A DNA stretch of 64,000 bases from Chara braunii (taxonomy: Eukaryota > Plantae > Charophyceae). Positions 1 through 10,953 of this stretch are shown here, one piece after another. How positions within the stretch are numbered: position 1 is the stretch's first letter; each line of letters starts with the position of its first letter. The notes beneath the pieces were generated by a model that did no database searches, was not told the DNA's origin, and worked only from the letters and a program-made list of their open reading frames with translations. The DNA lies in assembly GCA_003427395.1 (NCBI GenBank), contig BFEA01000037.1, forward strand, positions 335,862 through 399,861, given 5' to 3'. The translations under genes were made by a program, and so were the position numbers.

Positions 1-886
1 ACCAGATACCGTACGTTTGCATACTATTCATGTGTTCCTACCCCACAGAAAACGTATCTCACACCACCAGCCCTTAGGTATTTATAGAGAATTGAACTTC
101 CACCCACGGCTGACCCTGACGGCGGGATAAATGATTTTTATCAAGTTGACAATTTTCCTCTCAGGCAAAACTTACACAAACCATTGCTCGTATCATTTGG
201 AAAATCTCTGATCACAACACCCACTGATAGGGCAGATGAGTGTGCCACTGAATAGGACTCGAAGATTGCCAAGAAATTCTGCAGGCGGCACATACTACCA
301 TACTTTTAGGTGTCGAGTCGTCAGTTATTCCCCTCAGGGCAGTCCACACACTGTCTGTGAGATAAAGCGTTCCCTGGAGTTACCTTCAACCATAAACGAG
401 TATGGGCAGTACCTACGACCAATCACACCTATCACCACTGATAATAGCTCTCTTCCCAGATGCCTGACTGCGCATGTCCGCTGCAATCAGCACCCTTGTA
501 ATGAGGAGCTTATCACCCCGGACAAGCTTTGCTCATGCCGTGAGCAATTACTGGCTAGTATTCTCTATTATGTAAGCTACAAATATATAAATTTTCATGA
601 CATTTGTCACATCCCAAAAAAAACGAGAAATCGCCAAAGATGGTCGTGTCAAAAACGTGCTCGCCCACTCAATAATTTCATTCTCATTTTTTTTCCCCTA
701 ACTTTTATCATTATTATTTATTTTTAGTTATTGATTTTTATTTCAAATTTGGTAAAGAATTTGGATGTTACTATAAGGCAAATGTTGTTTAGCTTATTCT
801 TATGCATAACATATATAATTTTTATATTTTTTGGAATTCTTTTTTTTTTTTTTTTTTTTTTTTGGTTGGGGGGGGGGGGGGGGGGA

Positions 887-985
887 GCGCGTTCGGCCAA
901 ACGGCCGAACGTGTCGAGAATGGGTCTCCAACGTTCGGGCGCTCAGGTTCGGGCGTTCGGCCCGTCACGAACGCCGACAACCCTG
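887..985. mobile_element. Single hAT-like DNA transposon terminus with subterminal GTTCGG repeats
   Basis: Ends in ...CCGACAACCCTG (reverse complement CAGGGTTGTCGG, resembling hAT termini), with several GTTCGG/CCGAAC copies upstream. No partner terminus or TSD is visible. Confidence 0.3.
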
Positions 986-1302
986 AGTCTATCTATATTC
1001 TATTATTTACAGATATAAAAGAAAAAGAATGAATTCTATTGGGAAATATTAGACATTACACAAAAAATATGTATTTTTTTGAATAAAAAGATACATGATA
1101 TAATCAACATATATATTGTCACACTGGAAATCGGAGCGCAAAGGCAGAAAAAGACAAAACAAGAAAAAGAAAAAGAAGGAAGGAAGGAAAGCCCCTACTA
1201 TTTGTCACCTCTTGAGTACAAGGCCAGCCACGTGGATGACAGGTTGAGCGTTGGCTGCCCCCATCTCCGTGTGTCATAAGGACCCAATTGCACGCAGCCA
1301 AA

Positions 1303-1454
1303 AAGGCAAAGAGGTAAAGAAAAGGCGGAGGAAACCAAACCTCACAGAAGAAGAAAGCCTATTAAACAGACGAAGCAAAAGGCAAAGAGGTAAAGAAAAG
1401 GCGGAGGAAACCAAACCTCACAGAAGAAGAAAGCCTATTAAACAGACGAAGCAA
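1303..1454. repeat. Perfect 76-bp tandem duplication
   Basis: GGCAAAGAGG...CAGACGAAGCAA starts at 1305 and again at 1381. Confidence 0.9.
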
Positions 1455-1621
1455 GTGACACATCCCACAGATAATCCAATTACCATCCCACATAACATTT
1501 TTTTTTTTTTCTCAGGTTTTTTTTTTGGTGTTTTTCCTTCCTTGGTTTCTATTTTTATTTCTTTATTTTTTATCTTTTTACTCGGTTTCTTTCTTTATCT
1601 GTTTCTTCTACACTTCATTTG

Positions 1622-2536
1622 TCACCCCCTCGGCGGATGTTCACAGGGATACCCAAGGAGAGTTGCGTTAGTACAGCATTCAGCCAGACGGCTAGCACGA
1701 ACCATCTCGTCGAAACAATCCCGACATAGGACATGTTGCCCACATGTCAAGAAAACAGCACGACGTTCGTCACAGTGCGGCATCATGCAGTTCTGATAGC
1801 GTCCTTGGGAACAAAAAGAACAACGTACATCTGGGTGATAGGGATGTGCACAATGAGGAAATGTTAAACACCCTTCCGCACATACGGCGGCAGTCGCAAT
1901 GGATTGATCATGGTGCTGACACAGATAATGCACTCCACAACCAAGACACACCACGTCTCTATCCCGATAAATGTCGCACGAGAGACACTCAACAATCTAG
2001 AACCGTGTATGATTCGACAAACCTCGCAAGAATTCATTTATGTTGACAATAACCTGAATCACCGTCCCACCATCCCACAGTTCCCACAAGGCAGTTGCAC
2101 GAATGAGTGCCATATAGTGCCCGGGTCTGTGCAAAATGCATGCAGAAATATGAGGACGGGCATTCAGGTCCTCGCTTGGCGTCCCATAATGCATGAGAAG
2201 GTGGCGACCGTGAAATGCTAACTGTAAGACATTTATAGTAAATCCTCCTGAGGTAGTATAATTACTATCCTCAAGAGGTAGACCATTACGGTCATACAAC
2301 AACTCATTTTCAACAGCGTCCACCTGATAAGCAATTGTAAGAAATTGAGATACAGTATGACCTTGACGCTGATAAGCTTGCAGACAAACATTTGTGGCTG
2401 TCAGGCCACAAATGTTTGGTAGATCTGCTCGCAAATCCCAATCGGTCACCACTGGAAGGCCCGGTCTGATTTGGCGCGATCGGCGTTTAATTGACGAACG
2501 CCGTCGACGTACCAAAGCAGGTTGTCGGTCAAACAA
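1622..2536 (-). pseudogene. Josephin-family cysteine protease (DUB-like) domain plus Cys/His-rich zinc fingers and RING-like motif; one in-frame TAG at 1997-1999
   Basis: Motifs NICGLTATNVCLQ, IAYQVDAVENELL, SGGFTINVLQLAF and HRPGHYMALIRATALWELWDG parallel ataxin-3 LCAQHCLNNLLQ, IAHQLDEEERMRM, SGFFSIQVISNAL and HWFTVRKLGKQWFNLNS. ORFs 1997-2536 and 1622-1954 share a frame; read-through gives RF*IVECLSCDIYRDRDVVCLGC and later CGQHVLCRDC. Confidence 0.8.
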
Positions 2537-2654
2537 CGAACCAGGATCAATACGACGCTGAGAGGAAGGGGGAGAATGAACGAACCTGCCGCCGTCCTAA
2601 TATAGACAACGAAGATAAGGGAAGGGTTGATCTCAGTCGACTGTGTTGATAAGA

Positions 2655-2658
2655 CAAA

Positions 2659-2689
<31 letters not shown>

Positions 2690-2792
2690 AAGAAGAGGAG
2701 CAAGAAGAAGAAGAAGACAAAGGAGAGGGACGGGAAGAAGAGGAGGGAGAGGGAGAGGGAGAGGGAGAGGAAGGGAGAGGGAGAGGGAGTAA
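2655..2792. repeat. (GAA)n and (GAGAGG)n microsatellites
   Basis: Read directly from the sequence. Confidence 0.9.
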
Positions 2793-2839
2793 GAGACAGG
2801 GTCTAGGAACTGTGATTACTAATCAGGTGTTGATTGATG

Positions 2840-3014
2840 NNNNNNNNNNNNNNNNNNNNNNNNNNNNNNNNNNNNNNNNNNNNNNNNNNNNNNNNNNNNN
2901 NNNNNNNNNNNNNNNNNNNNNNNNNNNNNNNNNNNNNNNNNNNNNNNNNNNNNNNNNNNNNNNNNNNNNNNNNNNNNNNNNNNNNNNNNNNNNNNNNNNN
3001 NNNNNNNNNNNNNN
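2840..3014. other. Assembly gap (175 N)
   Basis: Run of N; reading frame across it is unknown. Confidence 1.
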
Positions 3015-5836
3015 CGAAACCATTGTGTAAGTCTCGTCACATGTGTAGGCTGCCGACGCTGGCGAGCACAAATATAACAAGTCCATCCTCGAGCCAGTGT
3101 TGATGGAACATGGCCACGGGAAAGCAAACGGCGGGCAAGCAAAGCTGCTGCCGTTTTAAAATCATGCCAATTGTCACAAATCTGCTCAAACCGCTGGCCA
3201 GTGAAGACACCTGCAAGTTGATGAGATGGAATGTTTGACGTTGCACTAGGGTGTCGTATAACAGGGAAACCCCATGCAACAGTCTTATCATACACACTCA
3301 ATTGGAGGGATCCATTTGTGCGTGTCTGCAGCTTGGCACCTAAGAAAGTGCAAGAACCATCACGATCCGTTGTCTCCTTCCATTCCACACCATACCAGGC
3401 TGCAATGGCGGGAGGCAACCGAAAGTGAGGACATCATCAATGAAACGATAAGTGAAAGCATATTGTCGAGCAGCAGAAGGATCCACACGTTGTAGGTTGT
3501 CCACATACTGCGCCTCATCCCAGTAAAGTGTAAGAGTAGCAATCTCAGGACCAGCATTTGTCCCCATAGAGATACCGACGTCTTGATGATGCACAAGGCC
3601 ATCCGCTGTATATAGATATGTATTAGTAACAATAAAACGAAGATGTTGAAGAATGTCCGACACAGAAAGAGTGTCAGGTCCCGTATCGGTTGTCGATTCC
3701 CCTGCACGCGGTCCACGAACCACCATACGAAGAGCAATACTGGATGAACGTGTCCGTGTATGCTGTTGTGCCTGTGCAAGAGCGTAGGCATGTGCCTCAT
3801 CAACGACATTAGCAACATTGTTAAGTATGCGTTGATGAGGAAGATTAGTATACATGGTAGTAAAATCGACCGTATGAGGGACCAGACCTCGAAGAGATGC
3901 TTTATTCTTTTGTAGGTCACGCATGACCTCATCACTGCTCTGAACAATCCAACATCGTCGAATGCCTTCGCATTGAAAAAGTTGATTATCTTTTTCGCGA
4001 AGAGTGCGGATGACACCTTGAAGTGCTGCACTCAAACGAGCCGAAGTTGCTGTTGTGCTAGCAACAAGCTTGTGAGGCGGCCGATGATGCAAACGCTGGA
4101 CTCGGGAAGAGTGCAGGTCATTTCGCCGGGCCATATGAGAAGAAAGGTTGTTACGGGAAGTGATACCAAGAATAGTTCAGAGTGCAAGGGGAGACTTATG
4201 GGCCTTAAACGCGCAATAGAGATATGGCAATGTGTCAGCATGAGGGTAATTCCAATGATTGTTCCAAAGAGCATGCTGATTCAGAATATCGGCCACTGTT
4301 TTCTGTAGGCCGGGAATATGTAGGACTGTCAAGATGAGAAGAAAGATGGAAACGATACCAGCCCTTGCAACAAATCGCCAAATTATGTGATGTCTTGTCG
4401 ACAGGAACAATAGCAAAGGAATCTTGAAGCTGATGCAGAGCCACATGTGCGTGTCGCAGAGCGCGGGGTTGCCGAAAAGGTATTGCAGTAGTCATATTGG
4501 ACTCACAATGGCGCAAAACTGCGGCACGCCAAAGATGCAATTGGTGCGCAAGGGTAGCAGCGGAGGATTGTCGTGATGACGGCCGAAGGTATGCAGCGAT
4601 ATACTCGTCAATACCAACAGCCAGTGCCTCAAGTACATCCCCCATTGCCCCATTCAGCCAATATTTAGAGTCCTCATAGAATAGACGCCGAAGATTAGCA
4701 TCCGGAATCAGATCATAGTTGGCGGAAACAACATGGCCGTCAACCAAATCGGTGCAATTAGGAAAGACCCGGCGACATGGACAGTTAGCAGCAGCAGGAA
4801 GGCATAGGCCCGGAGTAACACTCAAGGCAACCTCCGTGAAGTTATAAATTTGCACCCTTGTCGGGGGTACAAGTTTATCACAAATACGAATAGTGCTGGC
4901 TGCATGGGGGTCCGGGTGCAGTGCACGCACGTCTGGAGAGTGCAACACCTGTCGCAACTTTGTGGCGTTCAGAACCTCATGCATATGGGCAATCCTAATA
5001 TAGTTTCCGAAGCTATCACGGGGTCGAGCAGTATATCGCTGTCGGACATGTTGAGATTGCCGAATAAGACATTCAAGTTCACGGATGTCCACGGTCATGG
5101 CAGAATTAGGAACATTTATATACAGCCCTGCAGCAAGCGAGCGCGCAGCAACTTCGGGCCAAGCACCCGCTGCACCTAACGACAATAAATGTCGCAGCGT
5201 GGTTCGCACTGCTAATTGAGGGCCCGGGCTAATATCAATAGTAAGAGCCCGAGAAGATGAAGGATTAGGAGAAGCAGCAGCAGAGCGAGAGGAAACAGCA
5301 GAAGACGGACCAACTTGCCGCTAGTGATCAGGGCGTGGTTGTCGTCGAACTGGCGGTAATCGAGACATAGGAAGGACTGCATTAAAACCCGAAGGATGCA
5401 GGGTACGAAACCGTCGAACCCAGAACCCTTCTCTAGGTGAAGCCGCCCATCAAAAAAGGTCATGATCAATTTCACGATGATTATTAATGTAGAGCACACG
5501 ATCAATGCGTTCAAGTGGCCAAACAACAAAATTAAAAGGAGATTGTTGTCGCATAACGCGATAAAGGTGCCGATGACGATAATCGGCAGCAGAGTGTCGC
5601 ACATGCCAATGCTCCTTCAGACGTTGATGCGCAGTATGAATTGTCTGGCCAACATACAAACGCCCAAAGGGTATATGCACAACAACATAAATGACTCCAG
5701 TAACAGAAAGGGGATCATTACCTGGTTGGAGGAGCTGTTGGTCAATACCTCTCAACTGCAGTTCAAAGCGCTCAGTTGCAATGGCAGCATCTAGCTGTCG
5801 CAACCGCTTCTTTTGCCATGTTCTTGCAGAATACAA
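3015..5836 (-). mobile_element. Penelope-like retroelement with N-terminal GIY-YIG endonuclease (Chlamys/Naiad type), pseudogenised
   Basis: GVIY...LYVGQT...RLKEH and, past a stop, REGFWVRRFRTLHPSGFN (GIY-YIG). NCPC...DGHVV (CxC linker). RT motifs PVDKTSHN, LPYLY..FKAHK, DFTTMYTNLPH, GISMGTNAGPEIA, RFIDD, TFLG, VYDK. At least 3 stops and 2 frameshifts. Confidence 0.9.
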
Positions 5837-8800
5837 ATTGGTATTCCAGCGAACGTGGGCAAGCCAGTGAACACGTTGCCGGTTAGCGACGGGGGGATTT
5901 CTTCGACGCCGTGATCAAAGAGAAGGAAGCGGTGTTGTGCCTGTAGCACCACCAACAGGAAGAATCCCGAATGAACCAACCCCGTGATTTATCTGTAATG
6001 GTAACGCCATATTTTTGTCAAAAGGGATTATGATTTTTATTTTTTTTTTAGTTTTTATTTATTTTTTAAATTGTTTTTAATTTTATTTTAATTTTGCACA
6101 GTACAATGGGTGGCCAGGAAAGCAGGACTTTAGGCCCAATGGCTCAAGGCCGGGAAACCTGCCATCGTCCTTTCTGCATCCACAGAAAGGTGAGTGGGCA
6201 TGGGGGCAGCAACCCAGGTTTGGCAGACCTTAGGTTGGCCGTAACTATACCCACTACATGGGAAGGGGGGACAACCCATGTCCTTGTGGTGACCGCCATC
6301 ACAACAATCCTGAACACCAAAAAGAAAGGAGAAGAATATCACAACAACATGTCCCTTGCCAGATCATGCCCTAACAAGCGATAACGGAAAAGAGGGCAAT
6401 GATACAACCATACCATCCAAACATAATCAAGAGCAAAAGAAACGGAACCGCAACAAAGGGCCCGCAATATACAGATGCCATTCCACATCGGGAAGAGCTT
6501 GCAAGCAAAAACAAAAAGGAAAAAGGAAAAGAAAAAGAAGAAGAATAAGGGGAAGACATAACACTTTAAAAGTCTCGTATATTGTAATAAAAGACCATAA
6601 AAACCAAAAAAGTATTTTTGCAATAGAGCAAGAATAGGCCTTTCTTACGTTTTTTTATATCTAACAATCAATTTTGTACCATCTCTTTCAACCTGCAAAC
6701 ACAGGCTCATTATTACTGTCTGTTCTTTCGATGACTGGGTTTCTACCCTTTTCCCTCTTACATGTGATCTGGTAAGTTTAAGATACCATGTTTACCCTGA
6801 AGATCATGAGCCTTTCTAGTTGGCCGAAGAGCGAGACCGAACCAATAAATCTGAAAATTGCTCATATGGGTGTTCTGTCTCCTCTGTAAGCTTTCGTCTG
6901 TTTAGTCACTGTGGTCAGTCGCTCGAGTCACATTCAATCAACGAAACCTTACTAATTTGTGTTTTCTTGTTTAATCGAGACAATGAATTGAGGGCGGGAA
7001 GAGTCATAGCTTGGGAGGACACAGTGGTCCTAAGTTTGATCGATTGGAGGGAGAAGGAGACAAGGCTACCGAACAGACAAAGTGGATAGGGTCCTACTCT
7101 CTTCCAGCCTGCCCCACTGTGAGAACTCTGAGTTTGGGGCTATGTCTAGCATCAAAACTTATCCTTACTCTCCAATGCTGGAGAGAGGCAAAGAGGTGGC
7201 TTGCTTCTGAAAGCTCCGATGGTCTTACCAAAATCCTCAGACTAACAGGGGAGCATAGCCAACAGCCATTCAGAAAAGAAAAAGGGGAAAGGCTCTGAGA
7301 GGATAGATGCTACAAAATTGAGACAGTGAACGATGAGTGATTAGTGCACAACTTTCTCTTCTGTCGAATGGGAAAGAGGGAAGTTATACAAAGGAAAGTG
7401 GCATATCGTTTAGTCAAATTCCTTCTTGACGGGGACTAATGAAAATGCTCGTCGGACAAAGTGCTCATCTGACATTCAATTTTAGTTATTCGGGTAAAGT
7501 TTTCTCTAGGAATGCTTCTGGTCAGCAAAAATCGTGAGAATTAAAACCTCTTAGTTCCTCTGTCAAAATTCTTACACTAGGGTTTACTTAACCCGCTGGT
7601 GCCCCAAGAGGGACTGCCTACAACAGTGGATATGGTGCTTTAACTGATAGTACCAAGAAATCTATGTCAATCAGCAAATATTGTTGGATGGCGAAGTCAC
7701 ACTGGGCCTGATGAACATGCCTTGCCTCATCTGTTCGCATGGAGGATGCTCAATCTGCTTTGATCCTCTTGGAGAACATGAACGAAACAGAGTTATACCC
7801 CCTCAACTGGGGCAACATTCGCTCTTGATGCGAACTCCACCGTGCTGGATCCAAAGAGAATGATTGGTATGGGCCGATAACTGATACAGGTCTAGTGGAA
7901 AGATCGCAGCGAACGCGAGGGCTAGGGTGAAGACGAACCGCATGCAAATCATGATTGTGCTCCATTGTCTGAATATGTTATATGTGAGTTGATAATTTTC
8001 TACTCCTTGTAATCATAAACTAAACGAACTGGGAGCACGAGACTGCCATGCAGTGTTGTCACCCTTCTCAGGGGTTGCAGTCACTCCTAGCGTCCCCCTA
8101 TCCTAAGTGAACAGAGATGTTCCCAACAACGGGTAATCAGACACTCCGCTGTTGTTGATTTTCGAGTAGCCCCCTGGTGTTCGGACGCATCAACCCCAAC
8201 AGGTCTCAATCGGCCCCCCGAATTCAGTGTCGTATGTAGTGGCAACAAAGGCAAATGACACCTGGCGAACGTAAGACGTTTCTCTGGAAGACCTGAGTTC
8301 GCAAATTAATTCCAAACTAGTTGGATGGCTTAAGGTGACCACCAACATTCGTTCTCTCTTTCAAGTTAAGCTTTGGGTAAACAGTGTCCGCTTCAGTGAC
8401 TTCTGATTTGCAGAATCATCATTCATAGAGCCATTGGATAAATGTTCCACCCCCGTTAGTTAGAGGGGGGGTAGCACAACTTTGTCCCAACCCGTGAGAA
8501 TAGCGCTAGGAACAAGGGAAGAGGTCAATGCCTGGCATGCATAGATCGGAGCGACACCTACTTACACATCGGGTCCCTCGTCTGCGTTTGGTCAGGAATG
8601 CTACGCGACCTGCGCCGAGGCACCCAGCCTGAGTCCTGAGGGTGGTCCTTCCACTCTGAGTGTGGATCTCACCAGGGTCGTTTGTAGTCTTTTCTGATTG
8701 CTGCCTGGTCTTGGAGTGTGGGGGAAATCACGAGGGGAGATGAAATCCTAGCGCTGAAATGCGGGGTTATTTTGGAAAAGCATGAAAAAGGAGGAAGAGG

Positions 8801-10174
8801 CCATTCTGAGTTGGAGCGTCAGAAAATAGTCTTGAGAGAGAGTGCAACCCAGAGGATTAAGAAGAAAAAAAATTCATTGAGTACATGTTCTAGTTTTGTT
8901 ATCAGAACGACAAGTTGCACAATACCGGCTCGTGGCTAGAATCGGTGGAGCAAGCCACGGCAAGGCTCGGGTGAGCGCGAAGGTACCAGACTCTTCTCCC
9001 AAAATCCCCACCAGCATCCCAATCAGCTAAGGTCATTCAGCGATCCGCAATTCTCCCAACCCATTATTAAGTGATTAATGTTCACTGACTTGTTACTTCA
9101 ACAACACTCAGTCATTTAAGCTATCAGAAAGTTTCAGTCAGAATAAACCGGGATTCAGTGACCCATTATTTCAGCAAACATTCATCCATTCGAGTTACCC
9201 GAAAGTTTCAACCAAGATCAATCAACATTCAGTCCTTGCTATTTGAAATTGAGATCAGTATCAATCAGTCAGTGCACTCACCAAAGAGGTTAAGGCCTGC
9301 TTTAGTATTCATCTCTGCACATCAGTACAGTTCAATCGTTCCCAATCAAGGGGTCTATTAACAGGGTCGCATCCAAAGATGCCTTCTAGTATCGATATGT
9401 CAATGCTTCTGGTTTCAAGCATGGAAACCTGTCCATCTTTGTAGTTCACACCAAGTTTGTTGAAGGCGCTATCCATGACTTGAGAGTCTATTTAAAAAAA
9501 ACATGGCTACGATCCGGACCACCGAACAGGGATCCGGTCCGTCCGTGCTCCGGGGTCCGGGTCCGGGTCCGGGTCTCGGTCCGGATCTGTGGGCCCCAGC
9601 CCAACGGACAAAAAATTTTTGGGTGGTCCAGGGCGTTTGTTCACGCCCTGGGCCGCCCCAAAAAAATGTTGCCTGATTTTTTATCCCCCTCGCCAACGAT
9701 CCGGAAGGCCCGAAAAGTCTACGAGGGGGTTTGGTAACTTCGGTTTTATTTCCTACCAGCGGCGCAAGTGTGCGGTGCACCCGGAGCAGTGCGGTGGTCA
9801 CCGATGCGCAAAAAAAAATAAAATAAAAAAAATCGTTGTTATGTGTGAGAACACGAGAGAGAGAGAGAGTGAGAGAGAGAAAGAGAGAGAGAGAGCAAAC
9901 AAATAGCTCCTTATAATTTATTAGAAAACCCCTGCGGGTTATCCGGAGGCCCCTGCAGATAATTAGCAAGGGCCTTCTCACTTTGAGTTAAGTAATGCTC
10001 ATAGCCATGCTAGGGTCATGGCACGCCAAGTATATATGTTGTTGATTCACATTAAGGTCCGTTTTTCAGCAGTTATGGGACCACTGAGCACGCGAGTTTC
10101 TCGGCAGTAGCAGGCCAACTCACCACGTGCTTTTCGGGGCTTCCCTCCACTACTCACCAAATGTGCAAAACCAG

Positions 10175-10545
10175 AATGAATCTTCTGCTAGAACATGCAA
10201 CCATACGCCGCCATATGTTTTGTCTTTTGTTCAAGTAGTGACGAGTGGAGCAAGGCCCTTAGGGCCACTGCTCGTAGGAAAAGGAAACAAAAGAAAGAGT
10301 TGGAATGGATCTTCTGCTAGAACATGGAACCATACACCGCCATATGTTTTGTCTTTTGTGCAAGTAGTGACCAGTGGAGCAAGGCCCAGCACGACCCATA
10401 GGGTCATAGGAAAAGGAAACAAAAGAAACTGTAAGAAAGAGAGGAATGAATCTTCTGCTAGAACATGGAACCATACACAGCCATATATTTTGTCTCAAGT
10501 AGTGACCAGTGGAGCAAGGCCCTTAGGGCCGCTGCTCGTAGGAAA
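10175..10545. repeat. Three ~130-140-bp tandem repeats inside the MITE
   Basis: ATCTTCTGCTAGAACATG...AGTGGAGCAAGGCCC recurs near 10178, 10307 and 10448. Confidence 0.85.
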
Positions 10546-10815
10546 ACAAAACAAAAAAAAAGAGAGAGCTACGGTAGCAAGTAGTTGTAATTGTGACCCA
10601 TAACTGCTGGAAAGCAGACCTGACTTCGGATCCAGAACATATATTGCTGGCCTGCTTCGCTTTCACACGAAATTGGACCCTTGCATATGCAAAAAGACTA
10701 TTCAATGAGGAATATGTGGGCCCAATGTTTTTTTATGTCGTCCTCCTCTCTTTTTGTCTTCTTCCTCCTCGTCTCCTCCCCCTCCTCCTCCTCCTTTTTG
10801 GGTTATTTATTTTTT

Positions 10816-10873
10816 ATTTGGTCCACTTTCCCATTAATCAGTGGCATCTTGGCACAGGGGCCATGCTAATCTT
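10816..10873 (-). ncRNA. U6 snRNA 5'-truncated pseudocopy (inverted)
   Basis: Reverse complement reads AAGATTAGCATGGCCCCTGTGCCAAGATG...GTGGACCAAAT, matching the U6 core and the plant-type 3' end GGTCCAAATTTT. Confidence 0.8.
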
Positions 10874-10953
10874 GCCCTTGGGATATTCATTAACATTCGA
10901 AGGAGAAGATTAGCATGGCCCCTGCACATGGATGACATGCTTTAACTGAGAAG
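10874..10953 (+). ncRNA. Degenerate near-full-length U6 snRNA pseudocopy
   Basis: GCCCTTGGGATAT... resembles the plant U6 5' end, followed by GAGAAGATTAGCATGGCCCCTGCACATGGATGACA. The ACAGAGA box is damaged. Confidence 0.8.

Noticed and set aside
236-727. 163-aa plus-strand ORF
   Set aside because: No recognisable domain. It runs into AT-rich low-complexity sequence, and a faint AlkB-like impression lacked the HxD...H...R motifs.
1222-1282. Possible HDV-like ribozyme or pseudoknot (CAGCCA/TGGCTG, ATGACA/TGTCAT)
   Set aside because: No P3/L3, P1.1 or catalytic J4/2 on either strand; two 6-bp stems can arise by chance.
6000-6640. Pseudo-LTR of the PLE matching 1100-1500
   Set aside because: Only A-rich similarity and one ~14-bp inverted match.
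10620-10690. Another U6-like trace
   Set aside because: Only ~10-nt matches (AAATTGGACC).
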